Source: the human T2T-CHM13v2.0 reference genome, Homo sapiens. Taken from it: a DNA stretch of 64,000 nt. This document shows positions 31,450 through 45,025 of this stretch, one piece after another. The stretch lies in NCBI RefSeq assembly GCF_009914755.1, contig NC_060928.1. One strand, 5' to 3'. The notes under the pieces are model-generated. The model did not search any database. It was not told where the DNA came from and saw only the letters and a list, made by a program, of their open reading frames with translations. Numbering within the stretch: position 1 is the first letter of the stretch; the number at the start of each line of letters is the position of its first letter. The position numbers and the translations under genes were made by a program.

Positions 31450-31742
31450 TTTCTTTCCTTCCTTCCTTCCTTCTCCTCCTCCTCCCTTTCTTTCTTTCTC
31501 TTTTCTTTCCCTCCCTCCTTCCTTCCTTCTTTCCTCCCTTCCTTCCTCCTTTCCTGCTTTTCTTCTTTCTCTCTTCTTTCTTTCAAAGAGAGACAGGGTC
31601 TCACTCTGTCTCCCAGGCTGAAGTGCGGTGGTACAATCATAGCTCACTGCAGCCTCGACCTCCTGAGCTCAAGTGACCTTCCCACCTCAGCCTCTGGCTC
31701 TGGAGTAGCTGGGACCAAAGGCATGTACCACCATGCCTGACT
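31450..31742 (-). mobile_element. AluJ/FRAM-type monomer with a tail-derived (TTCC/TTTC)n tract (31450-31585)
   Basis: agacagggtctcactctgtc...atagctcactgcagcctcgacctcctg. Confidence 0.88.
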
Positions 31743-32069
31743 CCATTTATTCTTCATTTCTCTGCTAAGAGGCCACCATCGCAGAAAGAGGTCCCTGTCT
31801 ATCTTATCAAAAACAGGAGAATAAGATACATGAGGTCCCATCTCTTACTGAGCGTCCGTCTTTTGAAAAGTGTGCTGGTTAATTTTATGTGTCAACTTGA
31901 CAAGTCTAATGAATACCCCAGATACCTCTTATTCTATAAACTCTCCCAAAGAACTCTGTTATTTTCTCCTTCAGAGCATTTTTTACTGCAGAAAGCTGAA
32001 ATTAAAACACTTTGAAATTACTTCGAAGTGTTTCACTTTGTTTTCTTCTTCATGATCTATCTCCTTCTC

Positions 32070-32156
32070 CATTACTCAGGGCTCTCCAGAGAAAAAGAAC
32101 CAATAGGATAGATGGATGGATGGACAGAATGAGAGCAAGAGAGAGATAAGACAGTC

Positions 32157-32203
<47 letters not shown>

Positions 32204-32616
32204 GGATATTTATTATGAGAGTTGGCACACAAGATTACAGAGGCTGAGAAGTTCCACAATATTCTGTCTGCAAATTGGAGAACCAGGAAAGCTGGTGATA
32301 TAGTTCAGTCCAAAACTGAAGGCCTGAGAATCTGGTAGGGGCTCCTAGGGCTGCTAATTTGTCTTGGAGTCTGAAAGCCTGAGACCCAGGAGCTCTGATT
32401 TCTGAGGGCAGGAGTAGATGAATGTCCCAGATCAAGAAGAGAGAGGGAATTAACCTTTCCACTGTCTTTTTGCCATATCTGGGCAGAACACCTTTATTCA
32501 GTTGACTGATTCAAATGCTAATCTCTTTTGGAAACAACCTCACAGGCATAATTTTTTTCCAGCTATTTGGGTATTCATTAACCTTGTCAGGTTGACACAT
32601 AAAATTAATCAGCACA
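32070..32616 (-). mobile_element. MLT2 (C/D-like) ERVL solo LTR
   Basis: ctccagagaaaaagaaccaatagg...gaggctgagaagttcc...ttgacacataaaattaatcagcaca. Confidence 0.88.
32157..32200. repeat. (AGAT)11 tetranucleotide STR
   Basis: Read directly; lies within MLT2. Confidence 0.95.
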
Positions 32617-34717
32617 CTTTGCAAAAGACTGACACTCTGTGAGAGATGGGAGCTCACGTATCTTATTCTCGGCCCAGCACAGTGCCTGGCACCCAGTGGG
32701 GTGCTCAACTAATTATTAATAGCTAAAGTTTAGTAAGTTGGAGACATGAACTGCCCCTGAGGCAAGCTTGAACAATTTCAAGCCATTACAAATTTACTAT
32801 TTAACCAAGGGCATGTTGCTGAGTCCCTGGGATTCAGAGACCAACTGTACAGCTGGGAAGCTTCTAAGTTAACTTTTATATAGAATGTAGCATTTATTAA
32901 AGCATAAAAAATTAAAATGTGATGATATAAAATTTTCATATATATTTAAACTCAATAGTAACTGCAGAATTGTTTATAATTTTGACCAGCAAAATTTTTT
33001 TCAGAAAGGAATATTTCACGACTGACATTGAATAGCAATGTCAGATTAAAAAACAGACAACTTTTAGTCAGTTTTAGTATTGTTAGATTATCTCTGGATA
33101 AGGGACCCTTTTATTGCCTGATCCAGGATGGTCCCCTCTCACTGCTCAGATGCACTTGGTACCCACTGGGATCACACAACTTCTGAAACCTTGGGCTGTG
33201 ACTATGTCTTTATTGACTGGAAGTTCTCAGACAACCACTGTGACTCATACTTTCCACTTCTATACAATGGGTACACGAATGGCTTCCTCATAGAATCATT
33301 GTGAGAAGTGAGTAAGAAGAGAGTAGAATATTTTAAATGCTTGTTAATGGTCATGCCATCATTTGCTTAAGGATAGAGATGGTCTTGTTTATCTTTTTAT
33401 TTTCAGCAGAAAAATAATGACTGGAGCTTCATTGCATTTTGTAAAAATGATCAAATTGGGGTTTTTTTTTAGCCTCCCTGTGTGTCAGGGCATCCTTAGG
33501 ACCTCAGAAAATGTTTGCCTGAAGGCATGATGAAAGGTGAGAAGTTGTCCCCACCCAATCTTCTTTCAAGTTGTCTTTCAGACCCGCATTGTGGTTCCAG
33601 GGTTGCGTACAAGGCAGGCAGTAGGAAGAGAGGGTTTCATCTTGGATTGTAGTCTGGAAAGGGAACCCAGCACCCCACCACCCATAGGATTTGCCTTTGC
33701 TGTGTTTCAGCTTTCTGCCAAGAAGGCAAAGTGGGCAGAGCAGGAACCTTGAGAACAATGAGACATGAGTTCCAATCACAGCACATCTTAGGAGCTGTGT
33801 GACTGTAGGCATGCTACTTAACATCTCTGATCTTAACTATTCAATGAGTGTAATAGGCCTGTTATAATGGGATTGCTGAATAAATAGCATTGTGTATCCA
33901 ACATGGTATTTTGAACAGTCAATGCTCCATAAGTATTAATCTGCTAATGTCTTATTTCAAGATTTTTGTGTAAGTGGGGGAAGAGAGTGGGAGAAGGACA
34001 AAGGGAGAAGGAGAAAGGGAGGAGGAAAAGAGAGAGAGAGAGAAAGTCTCAAAAGATAGACCATGTAATGTCTGCAGAACACAGCAGGTTTCTTGGAAAA
34101 GTGATAAAGAGCAAGAAGCAGCATTCAGCTCGGGCTGTGTCCATGACCACAGGCTCAACCCTGCTGTTTGCAGAAGGGGAAATTCTTGAACTGTAAATAT
34201 TAGACCAAAGAAAACGTGGCTTTTGTGAATTTCTTCTGGGCTGGTTTCTGAGAAGGGTTGCTTTCTGTGCCAGCTCCCCACCTCCACGTCTGTTCCCTGG
34301 CCTCTGGAATGTGGCCCCCATGGCAGAGCCTGAATTGTTACCAGGGTGATGAAGATGTCCTTGGCTCAACGTTTGCTGACTAGGGCCTGAAAGGCTGATC
34401 AGGACTTAATGACCAGGGACTTGTAATGTTCAAGGCAGCTCTGGCATCAAGATGGAATGAAAACTGGCAGCCCCAAGGAGGCTTGCCTACCCCTGCTCCT
34501 CAGTCCAGATTTCCATTTATTCACAATGTTTCCAAAGCATCCAGTTCATGGTATGTGGTGGCATAACTGACCTCAGAAGACCCTCCTTAGAAATGTAATG
34601 TGTGTTTAATGGGTTCCAGTCTTAGTTCTGCTACTTAGTTATGTGACCTTGGATAAGTCCCTTTACTTCTGAGTTTCATTTCCTTTGAAGGGTAGAGGGG
34701 ACAGAGAGAAAAGAGGG

Positions 34718-35278
34718 TGTTACACTTATATCTTTACAGCACAACAAACCGCTCCAAACCTTAGTGGCTTAAAACAACAATTTACTATGGTCTTTTATGG
34801 TTCTGCAGGTTGACTGGGCTCTGCTGGGCAGCTCTTGCATCGGGTGTCTAGAGATGCAGCCATCTGAAGACATGACTAGGCTGGACGTCCAAGAAGGATT
34901 ACTTATATGGATGGCACTTGATGCGGGTTGTCATCTGGGAGCTCAGTTGAGGCTGTTGACCTGACAGCCAACATGTGGTCTCTCCATGTGGTGTGAGCAT
35001 CTCACTGTATGGTGAACAGATTTTCAAAGAAAATACCCCCAAAGAGAGCATTCCAAGAGGTTCAGGAAGAAGTTTCAAGACTTCTTATAACCTAGTAATG
35101 GAAGTTCTAGGACATCACTTCTACCATATTCTCTTGGTCAAGCAAGGCCAGGCTAGGTTCAAAGGGAGGGGAAATAGATTTTACTACCTAATGAGATAAG
35201 GGCAAGATCACAGTGGAGAAGAGGTTGTAGGATAGGAGGTATTGGAGCAGCAATTTTTGGAAACTACAGTCTGCCACA
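34718..35278 (-). mobile_element. MLT1H-like LTR
   Basis: cttagtggcttaaaacaaca...gggagctcagttgaggctg...catcacttctaccatattc...tctgccaca. Confidence 0.8.
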
Positions 35279-35787
35279 AAAAAGGCAAAAAGGTGGATGA
35301 GATTGATCCCTTGGAAAAGCAGGGAGGAAAACCTTGTCATTTCTGGTTCAGTTTTATTCTGTCTGCCCCCATCATCTGTAGCTCTGTGTCAGTAGTGGAT
35401 GTGGCTTTAGTGTGGTGATCCACATCTTTATTCACTGAGTACCCACTTAAAAACACTTCAGCCTCCACTCCAGGTGCATGTTCCCAACCGCTTGACCAGA
35501 CATGGTCCCTCCTCACTTGGTTGCCATTTGGGGCTTCTCCTCACTTGTCTTCTCCTCTGATTTTTAATGTTACTTCCATAGAGCTCAGGAATCATCAAGA
35601 CATTCTTCCCCCTTCTCTGAGAATTGGAGAGAGCTGGGGATAAGATCAGAGATGCCCCCCATTTTTACCTAAGCACATTATACCATTGCCCAGAATCCAC
35701 AAGCCTCCTAAACTAAGAAAAAGTCAGATGGGAACAGGCACCATGAACTACAAGTGCAAATGCCTAGATCTTAAACGTCTTCTTTGT

Positions 35788-36854
35788 TGTTGGGGGAAGT
35801 CAGGGACCCCAAATGGAGGGACCAGCTGAGGCCGTGGCAGAAGAATGTGGATTGTGAAGATTTCATGGACATTTATTACTTCCCCAAATTAATACTTTTA
35901 TAATTTCTTATGCCTGTCTTTACTGCAGTCTCTAAACATAAATTGTAAAGATTTCATGGACACTTATCACTTCCCCAATTAACACCCTTGTGATTTCCTA
36001 TGCCTGTCTTTAATCTCTTAATCCTGTCAGCTGAGGAGGATGTATATCGCCTCAGGACCCTGTAATAATTGCATTAACTGCACAAATTGTACAGCGTGTG
36101 TGTTTGAGCAATATGAAATTTGGGCACCTTGAAAAAAGAACAGGATAACAGCAATGTTTAGGAAACAAGAGAGATAACCTTAAACTCTGACCGGTGGTGA
36201 GCTGGGCGGAACAGAGCCATATTTCTCTTCTTTCAAAAGCAAATGGGAGAAATATCACTGAATTCTTTTTCTCAGCATGGAAGATCCCTGGGAAAGAGAA
36301 CATGCACCTGGAGGTATAGGCTTATAAAAAGCCCCCCCCCCCCCAAGTGCACCTGTCTCTTATGGTCAAGACTGCAGGGGTGAAATAGACCCCAGTCTCC
36401 CATAGCACTCCTAGGCTTATTAGGAAGAGGAAATTCCCCCCTAATAAATTTTGGTCAGACCGGTTGATCTCAAAAACCCTGTCTCCTGATAAGATGTTAT
36501 CAATGACAATGGTGCCTGAAACTTCATTAGCAATTTTAATTTTGCCCCGGTTCTGTGGTCCTGTGATCTTGCCCTGCCTCCACTTGCCTTGTGATATTAC
36601 CTTGTAAAGTACTTGATGTCTGTGACCCACACCTATTCGCACACTCCCTCCCCTTTTGAAACTCCCTAATAAAAACTTGCTGGTTTTTGCAGCTTGTGGG
36701 GCATCATGGAACCTACCGACATGTGATGTCTCCCCCGGACGCCCAGCTTTAAAATTTCTCTCTTTTGTACTCTGTCCCTTTATTTCTCAAGCTGGCCGAC
36801 ACTTAAGGAAAATAGAAAAGAACCTACGTGAATATCGGGGCAGATTCCCCGATA
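35788..36854 (+). mobile_element. MER11 (MER11B-like) solo LTR of HERV-K11/HML-8
   Basis: tgttgggggaagtcagggacccc start, the internal repeat gatttcatggacat/cac, end gaatatcggggcagattccccgata, and a 5/6 TSD (ctttgt/ctttat). Confidence 0.93.
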
Positions 36855-36865
36855 CTTTATGACAT

Positions 36866-37797
36866 TTATTACTTTTCTATGGTATGTAAAAAATTGCCAC
36901 AACACATATATATATACCGTGGAATACTATGCAGCCATAAAAAGAATGAGATCATTTTTTTGCAAGGACATGGATGGAGCTATAGGCCATTATCCTTAGC
37001 AAACTAACACAGGAACAGAAAACCAAATACCTCATGTTCTCACTTATAATTGGGAGTTAAATGATGAGAACACATGGACACATCAATGGGAAAAACACAC
37101 ACTGGGGCCTTTTCGAGGGTGGAAGGTGAGAGGAGGGAGAGTATCAGGAAACAACTAATGGGTACTAGGCTTAACACCTGGGTGATAAAATCATCTATAC
37201 GATAAACCCCCATGACACACATTTACCTATGTAACAAACCTGCACTTGTACCCCTAAACTTAAAATAAAAGTGTAAAAAATTGCCAAACGTAGCAGCTTA
37301 AAACAATACCTACTTATAAGCTCACAATTCTGTAGGTCTCCTGTCCAGGAAGCATTCACTGGGTTCTTTCCTCAGGCTATCACCAGACTGAATTTAACAT
37401 GTTGATCAGAATGAACTCTCATTTGGAGGCTCTGGGGAATATCCACTTTCAAGTCAATTCAGATTCTTGGCAGAATTCAGTTCCCGCAGTTGTGAGACTG
37501 AGATCCTCATTTTCTTGTTGTCTACTTGTTTTGCTCTTGGTTTCTAGAGGCTACCTGTGTGCCTTGCCAGGTAGCCCCCTCCATTTGACCTTTAGATCCA
37601 GGTGTAAATGTCTCAGGTGTTTAGGTCAGGCCTGAGGTACCTCCCTATCTTAAGGCAAACTGATTTGGGGTCTTACTCATATCTAAAAAATTCCTTCCCA
37701 TGAATACCTAGATTAGTTTTGATTGGTAAACTGGGAGAAGGTGTGTGTATACCAGGGCCCTGGAATCTTGGAGACCATCTCAGAATTTTGCCTGTCA
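36866..37797 (-). mobile_element. MLT1E-like LTR split by an L1PA 3' end
   Basis: cagcttaaaacaa...ggcagaattcagttcc...cagaattttgcctgtcaca. Confidence 0.75.
36901..37272 (+). mobile_element. Older L1PA (PA11-PA16-like) 3' end
   Basis: gaatactatgcagccataaaaagaatgagatc...tacctatgtaacaaacctgcac. Flanking duplication tgtaaaaaattgcca at 36885-36899 and 37272-37286. Confidence 0.9.
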
Positions 37798-38596
37798 CAC
37801 CTTGCTTCACTCTCTCTAATAGCTGCACCAAAGAAAGCCTAAAGGTTCTTCAGTTTGGCCACAGCCAGTTGGCAAGTGAGAGGCTTCCAGCCTCTGAAAG
37901 TGATGCCCTTAGAGCACCCACACCTGGCTTCCAGCGAGGGGCGATGTCTCATCTTAAACAACATTGTCAGTTGCTACAAGTCTCTCCTCTTCAGTGCTCC
38001 CTTCCCCTCATTCTCACAGCTTGGGCAGTACTGGCTATGGTGGCTGGTAGTGGGGCTAATTGGCCCACCTCTTAGGAAACCTTGGTCATGATGCTTCATC
38101 CTTGTGTCTGTTGGAGGTTTTGTTTAGAATAGGAGCCACTGGAGCCTATTTGTCCTCCAATTGAAGAATTCAGGAAAAGTCCCACTCAACATTCTGTGAC
38201 ATTGTTATTAAATGGGATAATGACTACCTTGGAAATGGTGTCCAGGGGAATGAGAAAAAGCTTATTGTGCCATTCTTACCCCTCAGGCCTTTAGAATGAT
38301 AGCCTGTTTTCTTTACTTGGAACAATTACTCTCTCTAATTTTCACTTAGATGCTCTTGTCCATCCTTCCTGTTTTATCACTTTTTCCAATTTTTTCAAAG
38401 AGGTCAGCATGCCCTTATTATATTATCACATGAATATGTACAACCTTTAAGAGAAACCAATAAAAGAACTTAAAAAGAGCATATAACTTTCAATCCAGCA
38501 GGATGTAAAAGCAAATGGAATCTAAAACTCAATCAATTTAAAACAGAAAAAGGAAAATAATTAGAAAAAAACAGGAAATGAAAAATTCTTCTTATT

Positions 38597-39017
38597 ATAT
38601 TTTTTATTTTTAAATTTTTGTGGGTACATAGTAGGTGTATGTATTTGTGGGGTACATGAGATATTTTGGTGCAAGTATGCAAGGTGAAATAATGAAATAA
38701 GCACATCATGGAGAATGGGGTATCCATCTCCTCAAGCATTTATCCTTTGAGTTACAATCCAATTACAGTATTAATTTTAAAATATATAATTAAGTTATTA
38801 TTGACTATAGTCACCCTATTGTGCTATGAAACAGTAGGCCTTATTCATTCTCTTTTTTGGTATCCATTAACTATCCCCATCTACTCCCAAAACCCCTACT
38901 ACCCTTCCCAGCCTCTGGCCCTCCTTCTACTCTCTATGTCCATGAGTTGAATTGTTCTGATTTCTAGATCCCACAAATAAGTGAGAACATGCGATGTTTG
39001 TCTTCCTGTGCCTGGCT
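38597..39017 (-). mobile_element. L1MA (MA2-like) 3' end
   Basis: tttttgtgggtacatagtaggtgta...gactatagtcaccc...cccacaaataagtgagaacatgcg. Confidence 0.88.
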
Positions 39018-39019
39018 GT

Positions 39020-39720
39020 AAAGCTGTAAATAGTATGAAAGAAACAACCCCTGAGAGATCATAATCGCAATATATAAGACACAAATCTTCCAGAAATAGA
39101 TAGAATGGGTAAAGATTAAAATCGTATCTTACAGAAGACATAGTTAAAAGAAAAGAAAGCATAAAGTTTGAGGGTTAATGGATGGAAAAACCTACCAGGT
39201 AAATACAATTCAAAAACAAACTGTCCTAGCTGTATTAATATCAGAGGAAATAGACCAAGGAGGGGAAAAATCTTCCAGAGATGAAAAGAGTTATTATTTA
39301 ATAGTCAAAGGTTGTAATCACTTGGAAGATATAATAATTCTAAACATTTATGCTCATAATACTACAGCAAAAAATGAGAAAAACAACTGTGAGGAGAAAT
39401 GACAAATCTACCACCCATACAATGAGATTGAAACTTATCTATCTCAGTAGCTGACAAACCAAACCAGAAAATATCATAAAAAACTAGAACTCTTGAGCAA
39501 TGCAATTAAACAGATTTAATAGATATATAATGAACCCTGTGCCAACATTAAGTGAATATACTTTTGCTCAAGAAGACATAGCATATTTATGAAACTGACT
39601 GCATGCTAAGCCATCTAGCAAGTCTCAAACAATGGCAAATAATTGGTGTCATAGAAACTACATGCTGTGACCACAATGTAAAATAAGTTAAAAATCAGTT
39701 AAAATGAAAACATGTATTTA
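39020..39720 (+). mobile_element. Old L1M ORF2 endonuclease-region remnant
   Basis: ORF 39178-39402 (AVLISEEID...RDEKSYYLIVKG...EDIIILNIYAHN) resembles the L1 EN domain. Confidence 0.75.
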
Positions 39721-42166
39721 TATCTATATTGGTTCAAAAATTTAAATCAGTAGTACAAAAATCTATAATCTAATCCTCTGTTGCCCCTCAAAAGACATAA
39801 AAACCTTATAGAAGCAAACAAATGAAACAAGTTATTCTAAAGACCTGAGGTGTGAGAATGGCACAGTGATCCTTTGCATACTCCCTGGACACATTTCCAA
39901 GGGAGTCATCTTCCCATTTAATGGCAATGTAACAGGATGTGAAGTGGAACTGTTCCTGGAACTTGAAATTGGTGATGAAGGTCCAAAGCTGAGGACAAAG
40001 GATCTCTCCTAGCCCACATTCTAATCAGCCAGCCCCCAAATTTTCTAACTGTTAGCAAAATTACTCTCACTGTCACCACCCCCACAACATCATACAACCT
40101 GAGCTGTGAGAATAAGGGTAGGAGAGCAAAGAAGAGGAGGGGGTCCTGGGCACAGTCAACTTTGTGGTATGTGTAGTATTTCAGATGAGATGCCTTCTCT
40201 CTCTGGAAGTCAAGTGTATTTTTGTCACCCTTAATTTTGGGCACATTCTCCTATGTTTCTATGTTTTCTTCTAATAGTTTAAAGTTTTGTTTCTCACATT
40301 AATGCTCTAACCCTTCTGGAATGGATTCTTGTGTGCAGTGTGAGGTAGGGATCCAATTTTATTTTATTTTCACTTACAGATAACCAATTATCTCTGTGGA
40401 ATTTATTGAATGGCTTATCCTTGCTGTACTAGCCACAAAACCAGGTTTGTTAAATATTAAGTTTCCATCTTTGCTGGTCTCTTTCAGGGCTCTGTTTTCA
40501 TAGCTCTGTTTTCCATCTAGGGGATGGAGATCTCAGGGAAGGTGCATGGGTGAGATAAGGAAGAGGTACCACAGAGACATGAGGCCTCAGTTTTCACTGG
40601 AGGAATTCCATACATGATGCCTAAAAATGAAAAATGAAGTAATTTCAGCATATTATTTAGAGGTCTTATGGTATTATCAAAATAATTAGCTAAATGATTG
40701 GTAAGTTATTATCTGTAGGAAGAATAGTGGAATGAAAGAAGGGATGGGGAATTTTGAATTTTCTTATTGAGCCACATAGACCCTATAAACTGAAAAGATA
40801 CATGACCTTGCTAAAAATGAAAGCAACAAATAAATACCATCAGACAACATGCCTTTTTTGCATTATGGAAGGTTAGGAAACCCTAAGGTGAATTTTTTTT
40901 TGCCATGTGGCACCTTGGAACAGTCATTTCTCTTCTCTTCTTTACTTCATGAACAACATTCTCAACTGTCACAGAGAGAGGTACCAATTGGGGTCTCCTA
41001 TTGTATTAGCAATGCTTCCTTTAACTGGGTATGTGATGTTCATTATTTTTTTTTTTACATGCTTGTGCATGTCTGCAATATTTCACAGAAAATTCTTACC
41101 CTGGAAAATGTCTCTACAGGGTCCTATAATATTACATTAACCTGATTAGGTCTATTTTCTTTATTAAAGTGAAGAGCAAAAGAGGAAAGGGCGGCTCCCC
41201 TCAATATCCTAACCACAAGCACAGTGCCTGACACATAGCTGGCTGTAAAAATTTTATTTGTGGATTAAGTAAAAGGTGTCCTGTAGTTCGGCAAGCTAGC
41301 ATAGCTTGCTCTTCCTCATTCTCCAAACTCTACCCAAGCATTAAAGCTGAGGTCAGAGCCCCCTCCCCTGACTCCTTCCTGAGCCTTAAACTGATGACTA
41401 GTGTCATCTCTCTGAATACATCCACTATTTGTAGTCTGTACTATAAAAGAGGGAGAGAAAAGAGAATAGACATTTTATTGAGTTCTTAGAAGCAGACATT
41501 TCTTCTCATTTCATCTTCCCATCATTTCTGTAAGATACATATACCTTTGCTAGCATTTGTTCATGCCAATACAATTTGGTAAGCATTCACTATTGACCAT
41601 GCATTTTAGAAAGCTCTGGAAACACAACAACGGAAAAAATGCAGCAAAACATTGTCCTTTCCTTCAAGAGGATTAATCGGAAATAGGAAAATAGGAAATT
41701 AATACTCATAGAGGTCTATGATCTTCTAGCATAGCCAGGATCTAAACTTAGTAACACAGCTTTCATGGTCTATAATATACTAGGCATTGTGCTAGGTGTG
41801 GTTCCTGTTTTTCTTGATTTACTCACACAATAACCCAATAGTATAGCACTTGCGTATTTTTAAATGAAAGAACATATTCTCTGAGAAACTTATACAAATG
41901 GTAAGAGATTGTATTAAGTTGAATAGTGCCATCTAAAAATTCCTTCTCACTGAGAACCTCAGAATGTAACCTTGTTTGTAAATAGGATCTTTGCAGATGT
42001 AATTAAGATGCAGTCATAGTGGGTTAGGGTGGGCACTAAATCCAATGACTAGTGTTCTTATAAGAAAACCATGTGAAGACACAGAGGGTCATACAAAAAA
42101 AAGGTCATGTGATTGTACAGGTGGATATTGAAGTGAAGCAGCTGCAAGCTAAGAAAACCAAGGATA

Positions 42167-42522
42167 GGCTGGGTGCAGTGGTTCACGCCTGTAATCCCAG
42201 CACTTTGGGAGGCCAAGGAGGGCAGACCACCTAAGGTCAGGGGTTCAAGACCAACCTGGCCAACATGGTGAAACCCCATCTCTACTAAAAATACAAAAAA
42301 TTAGCTAAGCATGATGTCAGGCACCTGTGATCCCAGCTACTCGGGAAGCTGAGGCAGGAGAATCACTTCAACACGGGAGGCGGAGGTCACAGTGGGCTGA
42401 GATCACACCATTACACTCCAGCCTGGGCAACACAGAGAGACTCCACCTCAAAAAAAAAAAAAAAGAAAGAGAGAGAGAGAGAGAAAAAGAAAGAAAGAAA
42501 GAAGAAAAAAGAAAGGAAAGAA
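42167..42522 (+). mobile_element. AluSx with an extended A/GA/GAAA tail
   Basis: Full dimer. TSD aagaaaaccaaggat / aagaacaccagggat. Confidence 0.94.
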
Positions 42523-42567
42523 AAGAACACCAGGGATTGCTGCCACTGCCATAAGCTAGGAGAGAGA

Positions 42568-42959
42568 TGTTATGGACTGAATGTTTGCATCCCCCTCAAA
42601 TTCATATGTTCAAAGCTAATCCCTGATGTGATGGTATTAGGAGGTGGGTTTTGAAAGATAATTAGGTCATGGGAGTGGAACCTTCATGAATATTATGATC
42701 AGGGATTATTATTATATCATATCATTATAATAAGGGATTATTGCTCTTATAAGGGGCTGAAGACACCAGAGTTTCCCTCTTCTGCTATGTGAGTTTATAA
42801 ATAGCAGATGGCCATCTCTGAACCATGAAGAAGGCACAACTGTGCCAGTGCCTTGATCTTGGACCTCTCAGCCTCTAGAACTGTGGGAAATACATTTCTA
42901 TTATTTATAAGCTCCCAGATTATAATATTCTGTTATAGCAGCCTAAATGGACTAAGACA
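42568..42959 (+). mobile_element. MLT1A0-like solo LTR
   Basis: tgttatggactgaatgttt...ggactaagaca termini. Confidence 0.88.
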
Positions 42960-43049
42960 AGGCATGGAACAGATTCTCCCTCCAGAAGGAACCAATCAGA
43001 ACAATACTTTGATTGAGATTTTCTGGCCTCCTGAACTGTGAGGCAATGA

Positions 43050-43504
<455 letters not shown>

Positions 43505-43918
43505 TAAGGAGAAAAGGAGCTGATGCAAATATGCTTTGAAAATCTCAAAGTATTCCTCAAGGACTGTGGATTTTATTGTTATTATTTTAAGAGACTATTC
43601 TCCAAATTGCCTAAGAACTCACTGAAATGTCATTAGTAAATAAAATGAGATACAGGACACAACCCCTTTTCCATTAAGTCAATTCTTTAAATGATATTTC
43701 TGGGATTTCTCCTGCTTTCATTCTCTGTCCCATTCTGCTTAAAATAATGCCCTGGGTATTTATACCCAGAATTTCATGAGAGAGCCCATAGGTAAGTATT
43801 TAAAAACAGCCCATGCTCAACTGTAATAAATTACACTAGAATGTACAGGGAGCTTTCTGGCTTAGGACAGATATAATCATGCTGGACTTGCTAAAACTAC
43901 ATTATATGTAAACCTGGG

Positions 43919-44641
43919 TGCTATGTGTATTAGTTCATTCTCACACTGCTATGAAGAAATACCCGAGACTGGGTAATTTAATAAGGAAAGAGGTTTAATT
44001 GACTCACAGCTCCACATGGCTGGAGAGGCCTCAGGAAACTCACAATCATGGCTGAAGGCAAAGGAGAAACAGGCACCTTCTTCACAGGGCAGCAGGATGG
44101 AGTGAGTGCAAGCAGGGGAAATGCCAGATACTTCTGAAACCATCAGATCTTGTGAGACTCATTCATTATCAGGAGAACAGCATGGGGGGAACCACCCACA
44201 CAATCCAATTACCTCAACTTGGTCTCACCTTTGACATATGAGGATTATCACAATTCAGGGTGAGATTTGGGTGGGGACACATAGTCAAACTGTATCACTA
44301 TGGTCTGAATCTTTGTGTCCCCTCAAAATTCACATGTTGAAATTGTAACTCCCAATGTGATGTTATTTGGGTTTGGGGCCCTTGAGAGGTGATTAGGTCA
44401 TGGGGACAGAGCCTTTATGAGAGTAGTGCTCTTTTTAAAAGGGACCCCAGAGAGACACTCACTCCACATAAGATGACGAGAAGGTGCCACCTATGAGCCA
44501 GAAAGTGGACGCTTATCAAACACCAAGTCTACCTTGATCTTGGACTTCCCAGCCTCCAGGAAGGTGAGAAATAAATTTCTGTTGTTTATAAGCTACTCAG
44601 TTTATGGTATTTTGTTATAATAGCCCAAAATAGACTAAGAC
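43919..44641 (+). mobile_element. MLT1A0-like LTR interrupted 7 bp from its 5' end
   Basis: tgctatg|...|ctatggtctgaatc...tagactaagac. Confidence 0.85.
43926..44297 (-). mobile_element. THE1D/MSTA-type solo LTR
   Basis: tgtattagttcattctcac...aaactgtatca termini, perfect TSD ctatg. Confidence 0.92.
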
Positions 44642-44805
44642 TTTGGTGTTAGATTGTGTCATTGTTGTTCAACAATGACTTAAAAAGTCATCTTTGGATG
44701 CATTCAGGTTGTAAACAGAACAGAATTGGGTCTGGTCTTTTAAGATTTTCTTAAAGGCAGGGTTTTTTTTCTTGAGTATTTGAGTCCCCTCTATTCCTAC
44801 CACAA

Positions 44806-45025
44806 CTGCATATACAAACATGTGCACACACAGGCATACATACACACATACATGAAAGTATGCATACATATGTGCAGGTGCACATATACACACAGGAATG
44901 TGCACAGTGTCTATGCACAGGTATGCACAGGTGTCTAGTCATGTACCTGCACATGGACATATATATGCATCAGCACATGTACATAACCGTGTATGCACAC
45001 ATGGACACACACATATGTACATGCT
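44806..45025. repeat. Degenerate (CA/TA/TG) alternating purine-pyrimidine low-complexity tract
   Basis: Read directly from the sequence. Confidence 0.85.

Larger units (their letters stand above)
30930..32720 (+). mobile_element. L2 3' region, fragmented
   Basis: L2-like pyrimidine-rich body ending in cagcacagtgcctggcacccagtggggtgctcaa. Confidence 0.65.
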
